NCBI RefSeq assembly: GCF_009914755.1
Contig: NC_060946.1
DNA length: 64,000 nucleotides
Source of the DNA: the human T2T-CHM13v2.0 reference genome, Homo sapiens
Reading direction: 5' to 3' (one strand)
Shown here: positions 43,953 through 59,012 of the stretch, piece after piece
Layout: every line of letters starts with the position of its first letter
Position numbering within the stretch: position 1 is the first letter of the stretch
Program-made: the position numbers and the translations under genes
The notes under the pieces: model-generated
Seen by the model: only the letters and a program-made list of their open reading frames with translations
Database searches by the model: none
Told to the model about the DNA's origin: nothing

Positions 43953-46900
43953 ATGAAATTACATCAAATATATATTAGGTACATAAAATATGAAAGTACA
44001 TCAAATATAGATTATATACTGTACATAAAATATCAATGTACCCCAAATATATATTTTATACTCTACATGAAATATCAAAGTTCACAAACTATATATTATA
44101 TACTGTACATAAAATATCAAAGTACCCAATGTATATATTCTATACTGTACAAAAAATATCAAAGTACCCAAAGCATGTATTATATACTGTACATAAAATA
44201 TGAAAGTACATCAAATATATATTTTATTCTGTACATAAAATATCAAAGTACACCAGATATATATTCTATAGTGTACATAAAATATCAAAGTACCCAAACT
44301 ATACATTATATACTGTACATAAAATATGAAATTACATCAAATATATATTATATTAGGTACATAAAATATGAAAGCACATCAAATATAGATTATATACTGT
44401 ACATTAAATACCAAAGTACCCCAAATATATATTTTATACTGTACATCAAATATCAAAGTTCACAATCTATATATTTTATACTGTACATAAAATATTAAAG
44501 TACCCAAGGTATATATTCTATACTGTACAAAAAATATCAAAGTACCCAAAGCATGTATTATATACTGTACATAAAATATGAAAGTACATCAAATATATAT
44601 TTTATTCTGTACATAAAATATCAAAGTACACCAGATATATATTCTATAGTGTACATAAAATATCAAAGTACCCAAACTATACATTATATACTGTACATAA
44701 AATATGAGATTACATCAAATATATATTATATTAGCTACATAAAATATGAAAGTACATCAGATATAGATTTTATACTGTACATAAAATATCAAAGTACCCC
44801 AAATATATATTATATACTCTACATGAAATATCAAAGTTCACAAACTATATCTTATATACTGTACATAAAATATCAAAGTACCCAAGGTATATATTCTATA
44901 CTGTACAAAAAACATCAAAGTACCCAAAGCATGTATTATATACTGTATATAAAATATGAAAATACATTAAATATATATTTTATTCTGTACATAAAATATC
45001 AAAGTACACCAGATATGTATTCTATAGTGTACATAAAATAACAAAGTACACAAACTATAAATTATATACTGTACGTAAAATATGAAATTACATCAAATAT
45101 ATATTAGGTACATAAAATATGAAAGTACATCAAATATAGATTATATACTGTACATATAATATCAATGTACCCCAAATATATATTTTATACTCTACATGAA
45201 ATATCAAAGTTCAAAAACCATACATTATATACTGTACATAAAATATCAAAGTACCCAAGGTATATATTCTATACTGTACAAAAAATATCAAAGTACCCAT
45301 AGCATGTATTATATACTGTACATAAAATATGAAAGTACATCAAATATATATTTTATTCTGTACATAAAATATCAAAGTACACCAGATATATATTCTATAG
45401 TGTACATAAAATATCAAAGTACCCAAACTATACATTATATACTGTACATAAAATATGAAATTACATAAAATATATATTATATTAGGTACATAAAATATGA
45501 AAGCACATCAAATATAGATTATATACTGTACATTAAATACCAAAGTACCCCAAATATATATTTTATACTGTATATCAAATATCAAAGTTCACAAACTATA
45601 TATTATATACTGTACATAAAATATCAAAGTACACAAGGTATATATTCTATACTGTACAAAAAATATCAAAGTACCCAAAGCATGTATTATATACTGTACA
45701 TAAAATATGAAAGTACATCAAATATATATTTTATTCTGTACATAAAACATCAAAGTACACCAGATATATATTCTATAGTGTACATAAAATATCAAAGTAC
45801 CCAAACTATACATTATATACTGTACATAAAATATGAAATTGCATCAAATATATATTATATTAGGTACATAAAATATGAAAGTGCATCACATATAGATTAT
45901 ATACTGTACATAAAATATCAAAGTACCCCAAATATATATTATATACTCTACATGAAATATCAAAGTTCACAAACTATATATTATATACTGTACATAAAAT
46001 ATAAAAGTACCCAAGGTATATATTCTATACTGTACAAAATATATCAAAGTATCCAAAGCATGTATTATATACTGTATATAAAATATGAAAGTACATTAAA
46101 TATATATTTTATTCTGTACATAAAATATCAAAGTACACCAGATATATATTCTATAGTGTACATAAAATATCAAAGTACACAAACTATAAATTATATACTG
46201 TACATAAAATATGAAATTACATCAAATATATATTAGGTACCTAAAATATGAAAGTACATCAAATATAGATTATATACTGTACATGAAATATCAATGTACC
46301 CCAAATATATATTTTATACTCTACATGAAATATCAAAGTTCACAAACTATATATTATATACTGTACATAAAATATCAAAGTACCCAAGGTATATATTCTA
46401 TACTGTACAAAAAATATCAAAGTACCCAAAGCATGTATTATATACTGTACATAAAATATGAAAGTACATCAAATATATATTTTATTCTGTACATAAAATA
46501 TCAAAGTACACCAGATATATATTCTATAGTGTACATAAAATATCAAAGTACCCAAACTATACATTATATACTGTACATAAAATATGAAATTACATCAAAT
46601 ATATATTATATTAGGTACATAAAATATGAAAGCACATCAAATATAGATTATATACTGTACATTAAATACCAAAGTACCCCAAATATATATTTTATACTGT
46701 ACATCAAATATCAAAGTTCACAAAGTATATATTATATACTGTATATAAAATATCAAAGTACCCAAGGTATATATTCTATACTGTACAAAAAATATCAAAG
46801 TACCCAAAGCATGTATCATATACTGTACATAAAATATGAAAGTACATCAAATATATATTTTATTCTGTACATAAAATATCAAAGTACACCAGATATATAT

Positions 46901-49900
46901 TCTATAGTGTACATAAAATATCAAAGTACCCAAACTATACATTATATACCGTACATAAAATATGAGATTACATCAAATATATATTATATTAGCTACATAA
47001 AATATGAAAGTACATCAGATATAGATTATATACTGTACATAAAATATCAAAGTACCCCAAATATATATTATATACTCTACATGAAATATCAAAGTTCACA
47101 AACTATATATTATATACTGTACATAAAATATAAAAGTACCCAAGGTATATATTCTATACTGTACAAAATATATCAAAGTATCCAAAGCATGTATTATATA
47201 CTGTATATAAAATATGAAAGTACATTAAATATATATTTTATTCTGTACATAAAATAACAAAGTACACCAGATATATATTCTATAGTGTACATAAAATATC
47301 AAAGTACACAAACTATAAATTATATACTGTACATAAAATATGAAATTACATCAAATATATATTAGGTACCTAAAATATGAAAGTACATCAAATATAGATT
47401 ATATACTGTACATGAAATATCAATGTACCCCAAATATATATTTTATACTCTACATGAAATATCAAAGTTCACAAACTATATATTATATACTGTACATAAA
47501 ATATCAAAGTACCCAAGGTATATATTCTATACTGTACAAAAAATATCAAAGTACCCAAAGCATGTATTATATACTGTACATAAAATATGAAAGTACATCA
47601 AATATATATTTTATTCTGTACATAAAATATCAAAGTACACCAGATATATATTCTATAGTGTACATAAAATATCAAAGTACCCAAACTATACATTATATAC
47701 TGTACATAAAATATGAAATTACATCAAATATATATTATATTAGGTACATAAAATATGAAAGCACATCAAATATAGATTATATACTGTACATTAAATACCA
47801 AAGTACCCCAAATATATATTTTATACTGTACATCAAATATCAAAGTTCACAATCTATATATTTTATACTGTACATAAAATATTAAAGTACCCAAGGTATA
47901 TATTCTATACTGTACAAAAAATATCAAAGTACCCAAAGCATGTATTATATACTGTACATAAAATATGAAAGTACATCAAATATATATTTTATTCTGTACA
48001 TAAAATATCAAAGTACACCAGATATATATTCTATAGTGTACATAAAATATCAAAGTACCCAAACTATACATTATATACTGTACATAAAATATGAAATTAC
48101 ATCAAATATATATTATATTAGGTACATAAAATATGAAAGCACATCAAATATAGATTATATACTGTACATTAAATACCAAAGTACCCCAAATATATATTTT
48201 ATACTGTACATCAAATATCAAAGTTCACAATCTATATATTTTATACTGTACATAAAATATTAAAGTACCCAAGGTATATATTCTATACTGTACAAAAAAT
48301 ATCAAAGTACCCAAAGCATGTATTATATACTGTACATAAAATATGAAAGTACATCAAATATATATTTTATTCTGTACATAAAATATCAAAGTACACCAGA
48401 TATATATTCTATAGTGTACATAAAATATCAAAGTACCCAAACTATACATTATATACTGTACATAAAATATGAGATTACATCAAATATATATTATATTAGC
48501 TACATAAAATATGAAAGTACATCAGATATAGATTTTATACTGTACATAAAATATCAAAGTACCCCAAATATATATTATATACTCTACATGAAATATCAAA
48601 GTTCACAAACTATATCTTATATACTGTACATAAAATATCAAAGTACCCAAGGTATATATTCTATACTGTACAAGAAACATCAAAGTACCCAAAGCATGTA
48701 TTATATACTGTATATAAAATATGAAAATACATTAAATATATATTTTATTCTGTACATAAAATATCAAAGTACACCAGATATGTATTCTATAGTGTACATA
48801 AAATAACAAAGTACACAAACTATAAATTATATACTGTACGTAAAATATGAAATTACATCAAATATATATTAGGTACATAAAATATGAAAGTACATCAAAT
48901 ATAGATTATATACTGTACATATAATATCAATGTACCCCAAATATATATTTTATACTCTACATGAAATATCAAAGTTCAAAAACCATACATTATATACTGT
49001 ACATAAAATATCAAAGTACCCAAGGTATATATTCTATACTGTACAAAAAATATCAAAGTACCCATAGCATGTATTATATACTGTACATAAAATATGAAAG
49101 TACATCAAATATATATTTTATTCTGTACATAAAATATCAAAGTACACCAGATATATATTCTATAGTGTACATAAAATATCAAAGTACCCAAACTATACAT
49201 TATATACTGTACATAAAATATGAAATTACATAAAATATATATTATATTAGGTACATAAAATATGAAAGCACATCAAATATAGATTATATACTGTACATTA
49301 AATACCAAAGTACCCCAAATATATATTTTATACTGTATATCAAATATCAAAGTTCACAAACTATATATTATATACTGTACATAAAATATCAAAGTACACA
49401 AGGTATATATTCTATACTGTACAAAAAATATCAAAGTACCCAAAGCATGTATTATATACTGTACATAAAATATGAAAGTACATCAAATATATATTTTATT
49501 CTGTACATAAAACATCAAAGTACACCAGATATATATTCTATAGTGTACATAAAATATCAAAGTACCCAAACTATACATTATATACTGTACATAAAATATG
49601 AAATTGCATCAAATATATATTATATTAGGTACATAAAATATGAAAGTGCATCACATATAGATTATATACTGTACATAAAATATCAAAGTACCCCAAATAT
49701 ATATTATATACTCTACATGAAATATCAAAGTTCACAAACTATATATTATATACTGTACATAAAATATAAAAGTACCCAAGGTATATATTCTATACTGTAC
49801 AAAATATATCAAAGTATCCAAAGCATGTATTATATACTGTATATAAAATATGAAAGTACATTAAATATATATTTTATTCTGTACATAAAATATCAAAGTA

Positions 49901-52900
49901 CACCAGATATATATTCTATAGTGTACATAAAATATCAAAGTACACAAACTATAAATTATATACTGTACATAAAATATGAAATTACATCAAATATATATTA
50001 GGTACCTAAAATATGAAAGTACATCAAATATAGATTATATACTGTACATGAAATATCAATGTACCCCAAATATATATTTTATACTCTACATGAAATATCA
50101 AAGTTCACAAACTATATATTATATACTGTACATAAAATATCAAAGTACCCAAGGTATATATTCTATACTGTACAAAAAATATCAAAGTACCCAAAGCATG
50201 TATTATATACTGTACATAAAATATGAAAGTACATCAAATATATATTTTATTCTGTACATAAAATATCAAAGTACACCAGATATATATTCTATAGTGTACA
50301 TAAAATATCAAAGTACCCAAACTATACATTATATACTGTACATAAAATATGAAATTACATCAAATATATATTATATTAGGTACATAAAATATGAAAGCAC
50401 ATCAAATATAGATTATATACTGTACATTAAATACCAAAGTACCCCAAATATATATTTTATACTGTACATCAAATATCAAAGTTCACAAAGTATATATTAT
50501 ATACTGTATATAAAATATCAAAGTACCCAAGGTATATATTCTATACTGTACAAAAAATATCAAAGTACCCAAAGCATGTATCATATACTGTACATAAAAT
50601 ATGAAAGTACATCAAATATATATTTTATTCTGTACATAAAATATCAAAGTACACCAGATATATATTCTATAGTGTACATAAAATATCAAAGTACCCAAAC
50701 TATACATTATATACCGTACATAAAATATGAGATTACATAAAATATATATTATATTAGCTACATAAAATATGAAAGTACATCAGATATAGATTATATACTG
50801 TACATAAAATATCAAAGTACCCCAAATATATATTATATACTCTACATGAAATATCAAAGTTCACAAACTATATATTATATACTGTACATAAAATATAAAA
50901 GTACCCAAGGTATATATTCTATACTGTACAAAATATATCAAAGTATCCAAAGCATGTATTATATACTGTATATAAAATATGAAAGTACATTAAATATATA
51001 TTTTATTCTGTACATAAAATAACAAAGTACACCAGATATATATTCTATAGTGTACATAAAATATCAAAGTACACAAACTATAAATTATATACTGTACATA
51101 AAATATGAAATTACATCAAATATATATTAGGTACCTAAAATATGAAAGTACATCAAATATAGATTATATACTGTACATGAAATATCAATGTACCCCAAAT
51201 ATATATTTTATACTCTACATGAAATATCAAAGTTCACAAACTATATATTATATACTGTACATAAAATATCAAAGTACCCAAGGTATATATTCTATACTGT
51301 ACAAAAAATATCAAAGTACCCAAAGCATGTATTATATACTGTACATAAAATATGAAAGTACATCAAATATATATTTTATTCTGTACATAAAATATCAAAG
51401 TACACCAGATATATATTCTATAGTGTACATAAAATATCAAAGTACCCAAACTATACATTATATACTGTACATAAAATATGAAATTACATCAAATATATAT
51501 TATATTAGGTACATAAAATATGAAAGCACATCAAATATAGATTATATACTGTACATTAAATACCAAAGTACCCCAAATATATATTTTATACTGTACATCA
51601 AATATCAAAGTTCACAATCTATATATTTTATACTGTACATAAAATATTAAAGTACCCAAGGTATATATTCTATACTGTACAAAAAATATCAAAGTACCCA
51701 AAGCATGTATTATATACTGTACATAAAATATGAAAGTACATCAAATATATATTTTATTCTGTACATAAAATATCAAAGTACACCAGATATATATTCTATA
51801 GTGTACATAAAATATCAAAGTACCCAAACTATACATTATATACTGTACATAAAATATGAGATTACATCAAATATATATTATATTAGCTACATAAAATATG
51901 AAAGTACATCAGATATAGATTTTATACTGTACATAAAATATCAAAGTACCCCAAATATATATTATATACTCTACATGAAATATCAAAGTTCACAAACTAT
52001 ATCTTATATACTGTACATAAAATATCAAAGTACCCAAGGTATATATTCTATACTGTACAAAAAACATCACAGTACCCAAAGCATGTATTATATACTGTAT
52101 ATAAAATATGAAAATACATTAAATATATATTTTATTCTGTACATAAAATATCAAAGTACACCAGATATGTATTCTATAGTGTACATAAAATAACAAAGTA
52201 CACAAACTATAAATTATATACTGTACGTAAAATATGAAATTACATCAAATATATATTAGGTACATAAAATATGAAAGTACATCAAATATAGATTATATAC
52301 TGTACATATAATATCAATGTACCCCAAATATATATTTTATACTCTACATGAAATATCAAAGTTCAAAAACCATACATTATATACTGTACATAAAATATCA
52401 AAGTACCCAAGGTATATATTCTATACTGTACAAAAAATATCAAAGTACCCATAGCATGTATTATATACTGTACATAAAATATGAAAGTACATCAAATATA
52501 TATTTTATTCTGTACATAAAATATCAAAGTACACCAGATATATATTCTATAGTGTACATAAAATATCAAAGTACCCAAACTATACATTATATACTGTACA
52601 TAAAATATGAAATTACATAAAATATATATTATATTAGGTACATAAAATATGAAAGCACATCAAATATAGATTATATACTGTACATTAAATACCAAAGTAC
52701 CCCAAATATATATTTTATACTGTATATCAAATATCAAAGTTCACAAACTATATATTATATACTGTACATAAAATATCAAAGTACACAAGGTATATATTCT
52801 ATACTGTACAAAAAATATCAAAGTACCCAAAGCATGTATTATATACTGTACATAAAATATGAAAGTACATCAAATATATATTTTATTCTGTACATAAAAC

Positions 52901-54300
52901 ATCAAAGTACACCAGATATATATTCTATAGTGTACATAAAATATCAAAGTACCCAAACTATACATTATATACTGTACATAAAATATGAAATTGCATCAAA
53001 TATATATTATATTAGGTACATAAAATATGAAAGTGCATCACATATAGATTATATACTGTACATAAAATATCAAAGTACCCCAAATATATATTATATACTC
53101 TACATGAAATATCAAAGTTCACAAACTATATATTATATACTGTACATAAAATATAAAAGTACCCAAGGTATATATTCTATACTGTACAAAATATATCAAA
53201 GTATCCAAAGCATGTATTATATACTGTATATAAAATATGAAAGTACATTAAATATATATTTTATTCTGTACATAAAATATCAAAGTACACCAGATATATA
53301 TTCTATAGTGTACATAAAATATCAAAGTACACAAACTATAAATTATATACTGTACATAAAATATGAAATTACATCAAATATATATTAGGTACCTAAAATA
53401 TGAAAGTACATCAAATATAGATTATATACTGTACATGAAATATCAATGTACCCCAAATATATATTTTATACTCTACATGAAATATCAAAGTTCACAAACT
53501 ATATATTATATACTGTACATAAAATATCAAAGTACCCAAGGTATATATTCTATACTGTACAAAAAATATCAAAGTACCCAAAGCATGTATTATATACTGT
53601 ACATAAAATATGAAAGTACATCAAATATATATTTTATTCTGTACATAAAATATCAAAGTACACCAGATATATATTCTATAGTGTACATAAAATATCAAAG
53701 TACCCAAACTATACATTATATACTGTACATAAAATATGAAATTACATCAAATATATATTATATTAGGTACATAAAATATGAAAGCACATCAAATATAGAT
53801 TATATACTGTACATTAAATACCAAAGTACCCCAAATATATATTTTATACTGTACATCAAATATCAAAGTTCACAAAGTATATATTATATACTGTATATAA
53901 AATATCAAAGTACCCAAGGTATATATTCTATACTGTACAAAAAATATCAAAGTACCCAAAGCATGTATCATATACTGTACATAAAATATGAAAGTACATC
54001 AAATATATATTTTATTCTGTACATAAAATATCAAAGTACACCAGATATATATTCTATAGTGTACATAAAATATCAAAGTACCCAAACTATACATTATATA
54101 CCGTACATAAAATATGAGATTACATCAAATATATATTATATTAGCTACATAAAATATGAAAGTACATCAGATATAGATTATATACTGTACATAAAATATC
54201 AAAGTACCCCAAATATATATTATATACTCTACATGAAATATCAAAGTTCACAAACTATATATTATATACTGTACATAAAATATAAAAGTACCCAAGGTAT
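43953..54300. repeat. Three tandem copies of a 3387-bp (3 x 1129; 9-HOR) super-repeat; the middle copy carries one extra 378-bp HOR
   Basis: ORF series 44553/48318/51705, 45196/48961/52348, 45682/49447/52834 and 46211/49976/53363 are spaced 3765 (=3387+378) then 3387. The extra unit at ~47713-48468 duplicates markers ACAATCTATATATTTT and AAATATTAAAGTACCC. Confidence 0.92.
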
Positions 54301-57300
54301 ATATTCTATACTGTACAAAAAATATCAAAGTACCCAAAGCATGTATTATATACTGTACATAAAATATGAAAGTACATCAAATATATATTTTATTCTGTAC
54401 ATAAAATATCAAAGTACACCAGATATATATTCTATAGTGTACATAAAATATCAAAGTACCCAAACTATACATTATATACTGTACATAAAATATGAAATTA
54501 CATCAAATATATATTATATTAGGTACATAAAATATGAAAGCACATCAAATATAGATTATATACTGTACATTAAATACCAAAGTACCCCAAATATATATTT
54601 TATACTGTACATCAAATATCAAAGTTCACAATCTATATATTTTATACTGTACATAAAATATTAAAGTACCCAAGGTATATATTCTATACTGTACAAAAAA
54701 TATCAAAGTACCCAAAGCATGTATTATATACTGTACATAAAATATGAAAGTACATCAAATATATATTTTATTCTGTACATAAAATATCAAAGTACACCAG
54801 ATATATATTCTATAGTGTACATAAAATATCAAAGTACCCAAACTATACATTATATACTGTACATAAAATATGAAATTACATCAAATATATATTATATTAG
54901 GTACATAAAATATGAAAGCACATCAAATATAGATTATATACTGTACATTAAATACCAAAGTACCCCAAATATATATTATATACTCTACATGAAATATCAA
55001 AGTTCACAAACTATATATTATATACTGTACATAAAATATAAAAGTACCCAAGGTATATATTCTATACTGTACAAAATATATCAAAGTATCCAAAGCATGT
55101 ATTATATACTGTATATAAAATATGAAAGTACATTAAATATATATTTTATTCTGTACATAAAATATCAAAGTACACCAGATATATATTCTATAGTGTACAT
55201 AAAATATCAAAGTACACAAACTATAAATTATATACTGTACATAAAATATGAAATTACATCAAATATATATTAGGTACCTAAAATATGAAAGTACATCAAA
55301 TATAGATTATATACTGTACATGAAATATCAATGTACCCCAAATATATATTTTATACTCTACATGAAATATCAAAGTTCACAAACTATATATTATATACTG
55401 TACATAAAATATCAAAGTACCCAAGGTATATATTCTATACTGTACAAAAAATATCAAAGTACCCAAAGCATGTATTATATACTGTACATAAAATATGAAA
55501 GTACATCAAATATATATTTTATTCTGTACATAAAATATCAAAGTACACCAGATATATATTCTATAGTGTACATAAAATATCAAAGTACCCAAACTATACA
55601 TTATATACTGTACATAAAATATGAAATTACATCAAATATATATTATATTAGGTACATAAAATATGAAAGCACATCAAATATAGATTATATACTGTACATT
55701 AAATACCAAAGTACCCCAAATATATATTTTATACTGTACATCAAATATCAAAGTTCACAAAGTATATATTATATACTGTATATAAAATATCAAAGTACCC
55801 AAGGTATATATTCTATACTGTACAAAAAATATCAAAGTACCCAAAGCATGTATCATATACTGTACATAAAATATGAAAGTACATCAAATATATATTTTAT
55901 TCTGTACATAAAATATCAAAGTACACCAGATATATATTCTATAGTGTACATAAAATATCAAAGTACCCAAACTATACATTATATACCGTACATAAAATAT
56001 GAGATTACATCAAATATATATTATATTAGCTACATAAAATATGAAAGTACATCAGATATAGATTATATACTGTACATAAAATATCAAAGTACCCCAAATA
56101 TATATTTTATACTCTACATGAAATATCAAAGTTCACAAACTATATATTATATACTGTACATAAAATATCAAAGTACCCAAGGTATATATTCTATACTGTA
56201 CAAAAATTATCAAAGTACCCAAAGCATGTATTATATACTGTACATAAAATATGAAAGTACATCAAATATATATTTTATTCTGTACATAAAATATCAAAGT
56301 ACACCAGATATATATTCTATAGTGTACATAAAATATCAAAGTACCCAAACTATACATTATATACTGTACATAAAATATGAAATTACATCAAATATATATT
56401 AGGTACATAAAATATGAAAGCACATCAAATATAGATTATATACTGTACATTAAATACCAAAGTACCCCAAATATATATTTTATACTGTATATCAAATATC
56501 AAAGTTCACAAACTATATATTATATACTGTACATAAAATATCAAAGTACACAAGGTATATATTCTATACTGTACAAAAAATATCAAAGTACCCAAAGCAT
56601 GTATTATATACTGTACATAAAATATGAAAGTACATCAAATATATATTTTATTCTGTACATAAAACATCAAAGTACACCAGATATATATTCTATAGTGTAC
56701 ATAAAATATCAAAGTACCCAAACTATACATTATATACTGTACATAAAATATGAAATTGCATCAAATATATATTATATTAGGTACATAAAATATGAAAGTA
56801 CATCACATATAGATTATATACTGTACATAAAATATCAAAGTACCCCAAATATATATTATATACTCTACATGAAATATCAAAGTTCACAAACTATATATTA
56901 TATACTGTACATAAAATATAAAAGTACCCAAGGTATATATTCTATACTGTACAAAAAATATCAAAGTATCCAAAGCATGTATTATATACTGTATATAAAA
57001 TACGAAAGTACATTAAATATATATTTTATTCTGTACATAAAATATCAAAGTACACCAGATATATATTCTATAGTGTACATAAAATATCAAAGTACACAAA
57101 CTATAAATTATATACTGTACATAAAATATGAAATTACATCAAATATATATTAGGTACCTAAAATATGAAAGTACATCAAATATAGATTATATACTGTACA
57201 TGAAATATCAATGTACCCCAAATATATATTTTATACTCTACATGAAATATCAAAGTTCACAAACTATATATTATATACTGTACATAAAATATCAAAGTAC

Positions 57301-59012
57301 CCAAGGTATATATTCTATACTGTACAAAAAATATCAAAGTACCCAAAGCATGTATTATATACTGTACATAAAATATGAAAGTACATCAAATATATATTTT
57401 ATTCTGTACATAAAATATCAAAGTACACCAGATATATATTCTATAGTGTACATAAAATATCAAAGTACCCAAACTATACATTATATACTGTACATAAAAT
57501 ATGAAATTACATCAAATATATATTATATTAGGTACATAAAATATGAAAGCACATCAAATATAGATTATATACTGTACATTAAATACCAAAGTACCCCAAA
57601 TATATATTTTATACTGTACATCAAATATCAAAGTTCACAAAGTATATATTATATACTGTACATAAAATATCAAAGTACCCAAGGTATATATTCTATACTG
57701 TACAAAAAATATCAAAGTACCCAAAGCATGTATCATATACTGTACATAAAATATGAAAGTACATCAAATATATATTTTATTCTGTACATAAAATATCAAA
57801 GTACACCAGATATATATTCTATAGTGTACATAAAATATCAAAGTACCCAAACTATACATTATATACTGTACATAAAATATGAGATTACATCAAATATATA
57901 TTATATTAGCTACATAAAATATGAAAGTACATCAGATATAGATTATATACTGTACATAAAATATCAAAGTACCCCAAATATATATTATATACTCTACATG
58001 AAATATCAAAGTTCACACACTATATATTACATACTGTACATAAAATATCAAAGTACCCAAGGTACATATTCTATACTGTACAAAAAATATCAAAGTACCC
58101 AAAGCATGTATTATATACTGTACATAAAATATGAAAGTACATCAAATATATATTTTATTCTGTACATAAAATATCAAAGTACACCAGATATATATTCTAT
58201 AGTGTACATAAAATATCAAAGTACCCAAACTATACATTATATACTGTACATAAAATATGAAATTACATCAAATATATATTATATTAGGTACATAAAATAT
58301 GAAAGCACATCAAATATAGATTATATACTGTACATTAAATACCAAAGTACCCCAAATATATATTTTATACTGTATATCAAATATCAAAGTTCACAAACTA
58401 TATATTATATACTGTACATAAAATATCAAAGTACACAAGGTATATATTCTATACTGTACAAAAAATATCAAAGTACCCAAAGCATGTATTATATACTGTA
58501 CATAAAATATGAAAGTACATCAAATATATATTTTATTCTGTACATAAAACATCAAAGTACACCAGATATATATTCTATAGTGTACATAAAATATCAAAGT
58601 ACCCAAACTATACATTATATACTGTACATAAAATATGAAATTGCATCAAATATATATTATATTAGGTACATAAAATATGAAAGTGCATCACATATAGATT
58701 ATATACTGTACATAAAATATCAAAGTACCCCAAATATATATTATATACTCTACATGAAATATCAAAGTTCACAAACTATATATTATATACTGTACATAAA
58801 ATATAAAAGTACCCAAGGTATATATTCTATACTGTACAAAATATATCAAAGTATCCAAAGCATGTATTATATACTGTATATAAAATATGAAAGTACATTA
58901 AATATATATTTTATTCTGTACATAAAATATCAAAGTACACCAGATATATATTCTATAGTGTACATAAAATATCAAAGTACACAAACTATAAATTATATAC
59001 TGTACATAAAAT
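53363..59012. repeat. Three ~1.88-kb (5-HOR) mosaic repeats
   Basis: The GGTACCTAAAA...TACATGAAATATCAATG-marked S unit recurs at 53363, 55248, 57128 and 59013 (spacings 1885, 1880, 1885). Confidence 0.8.
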
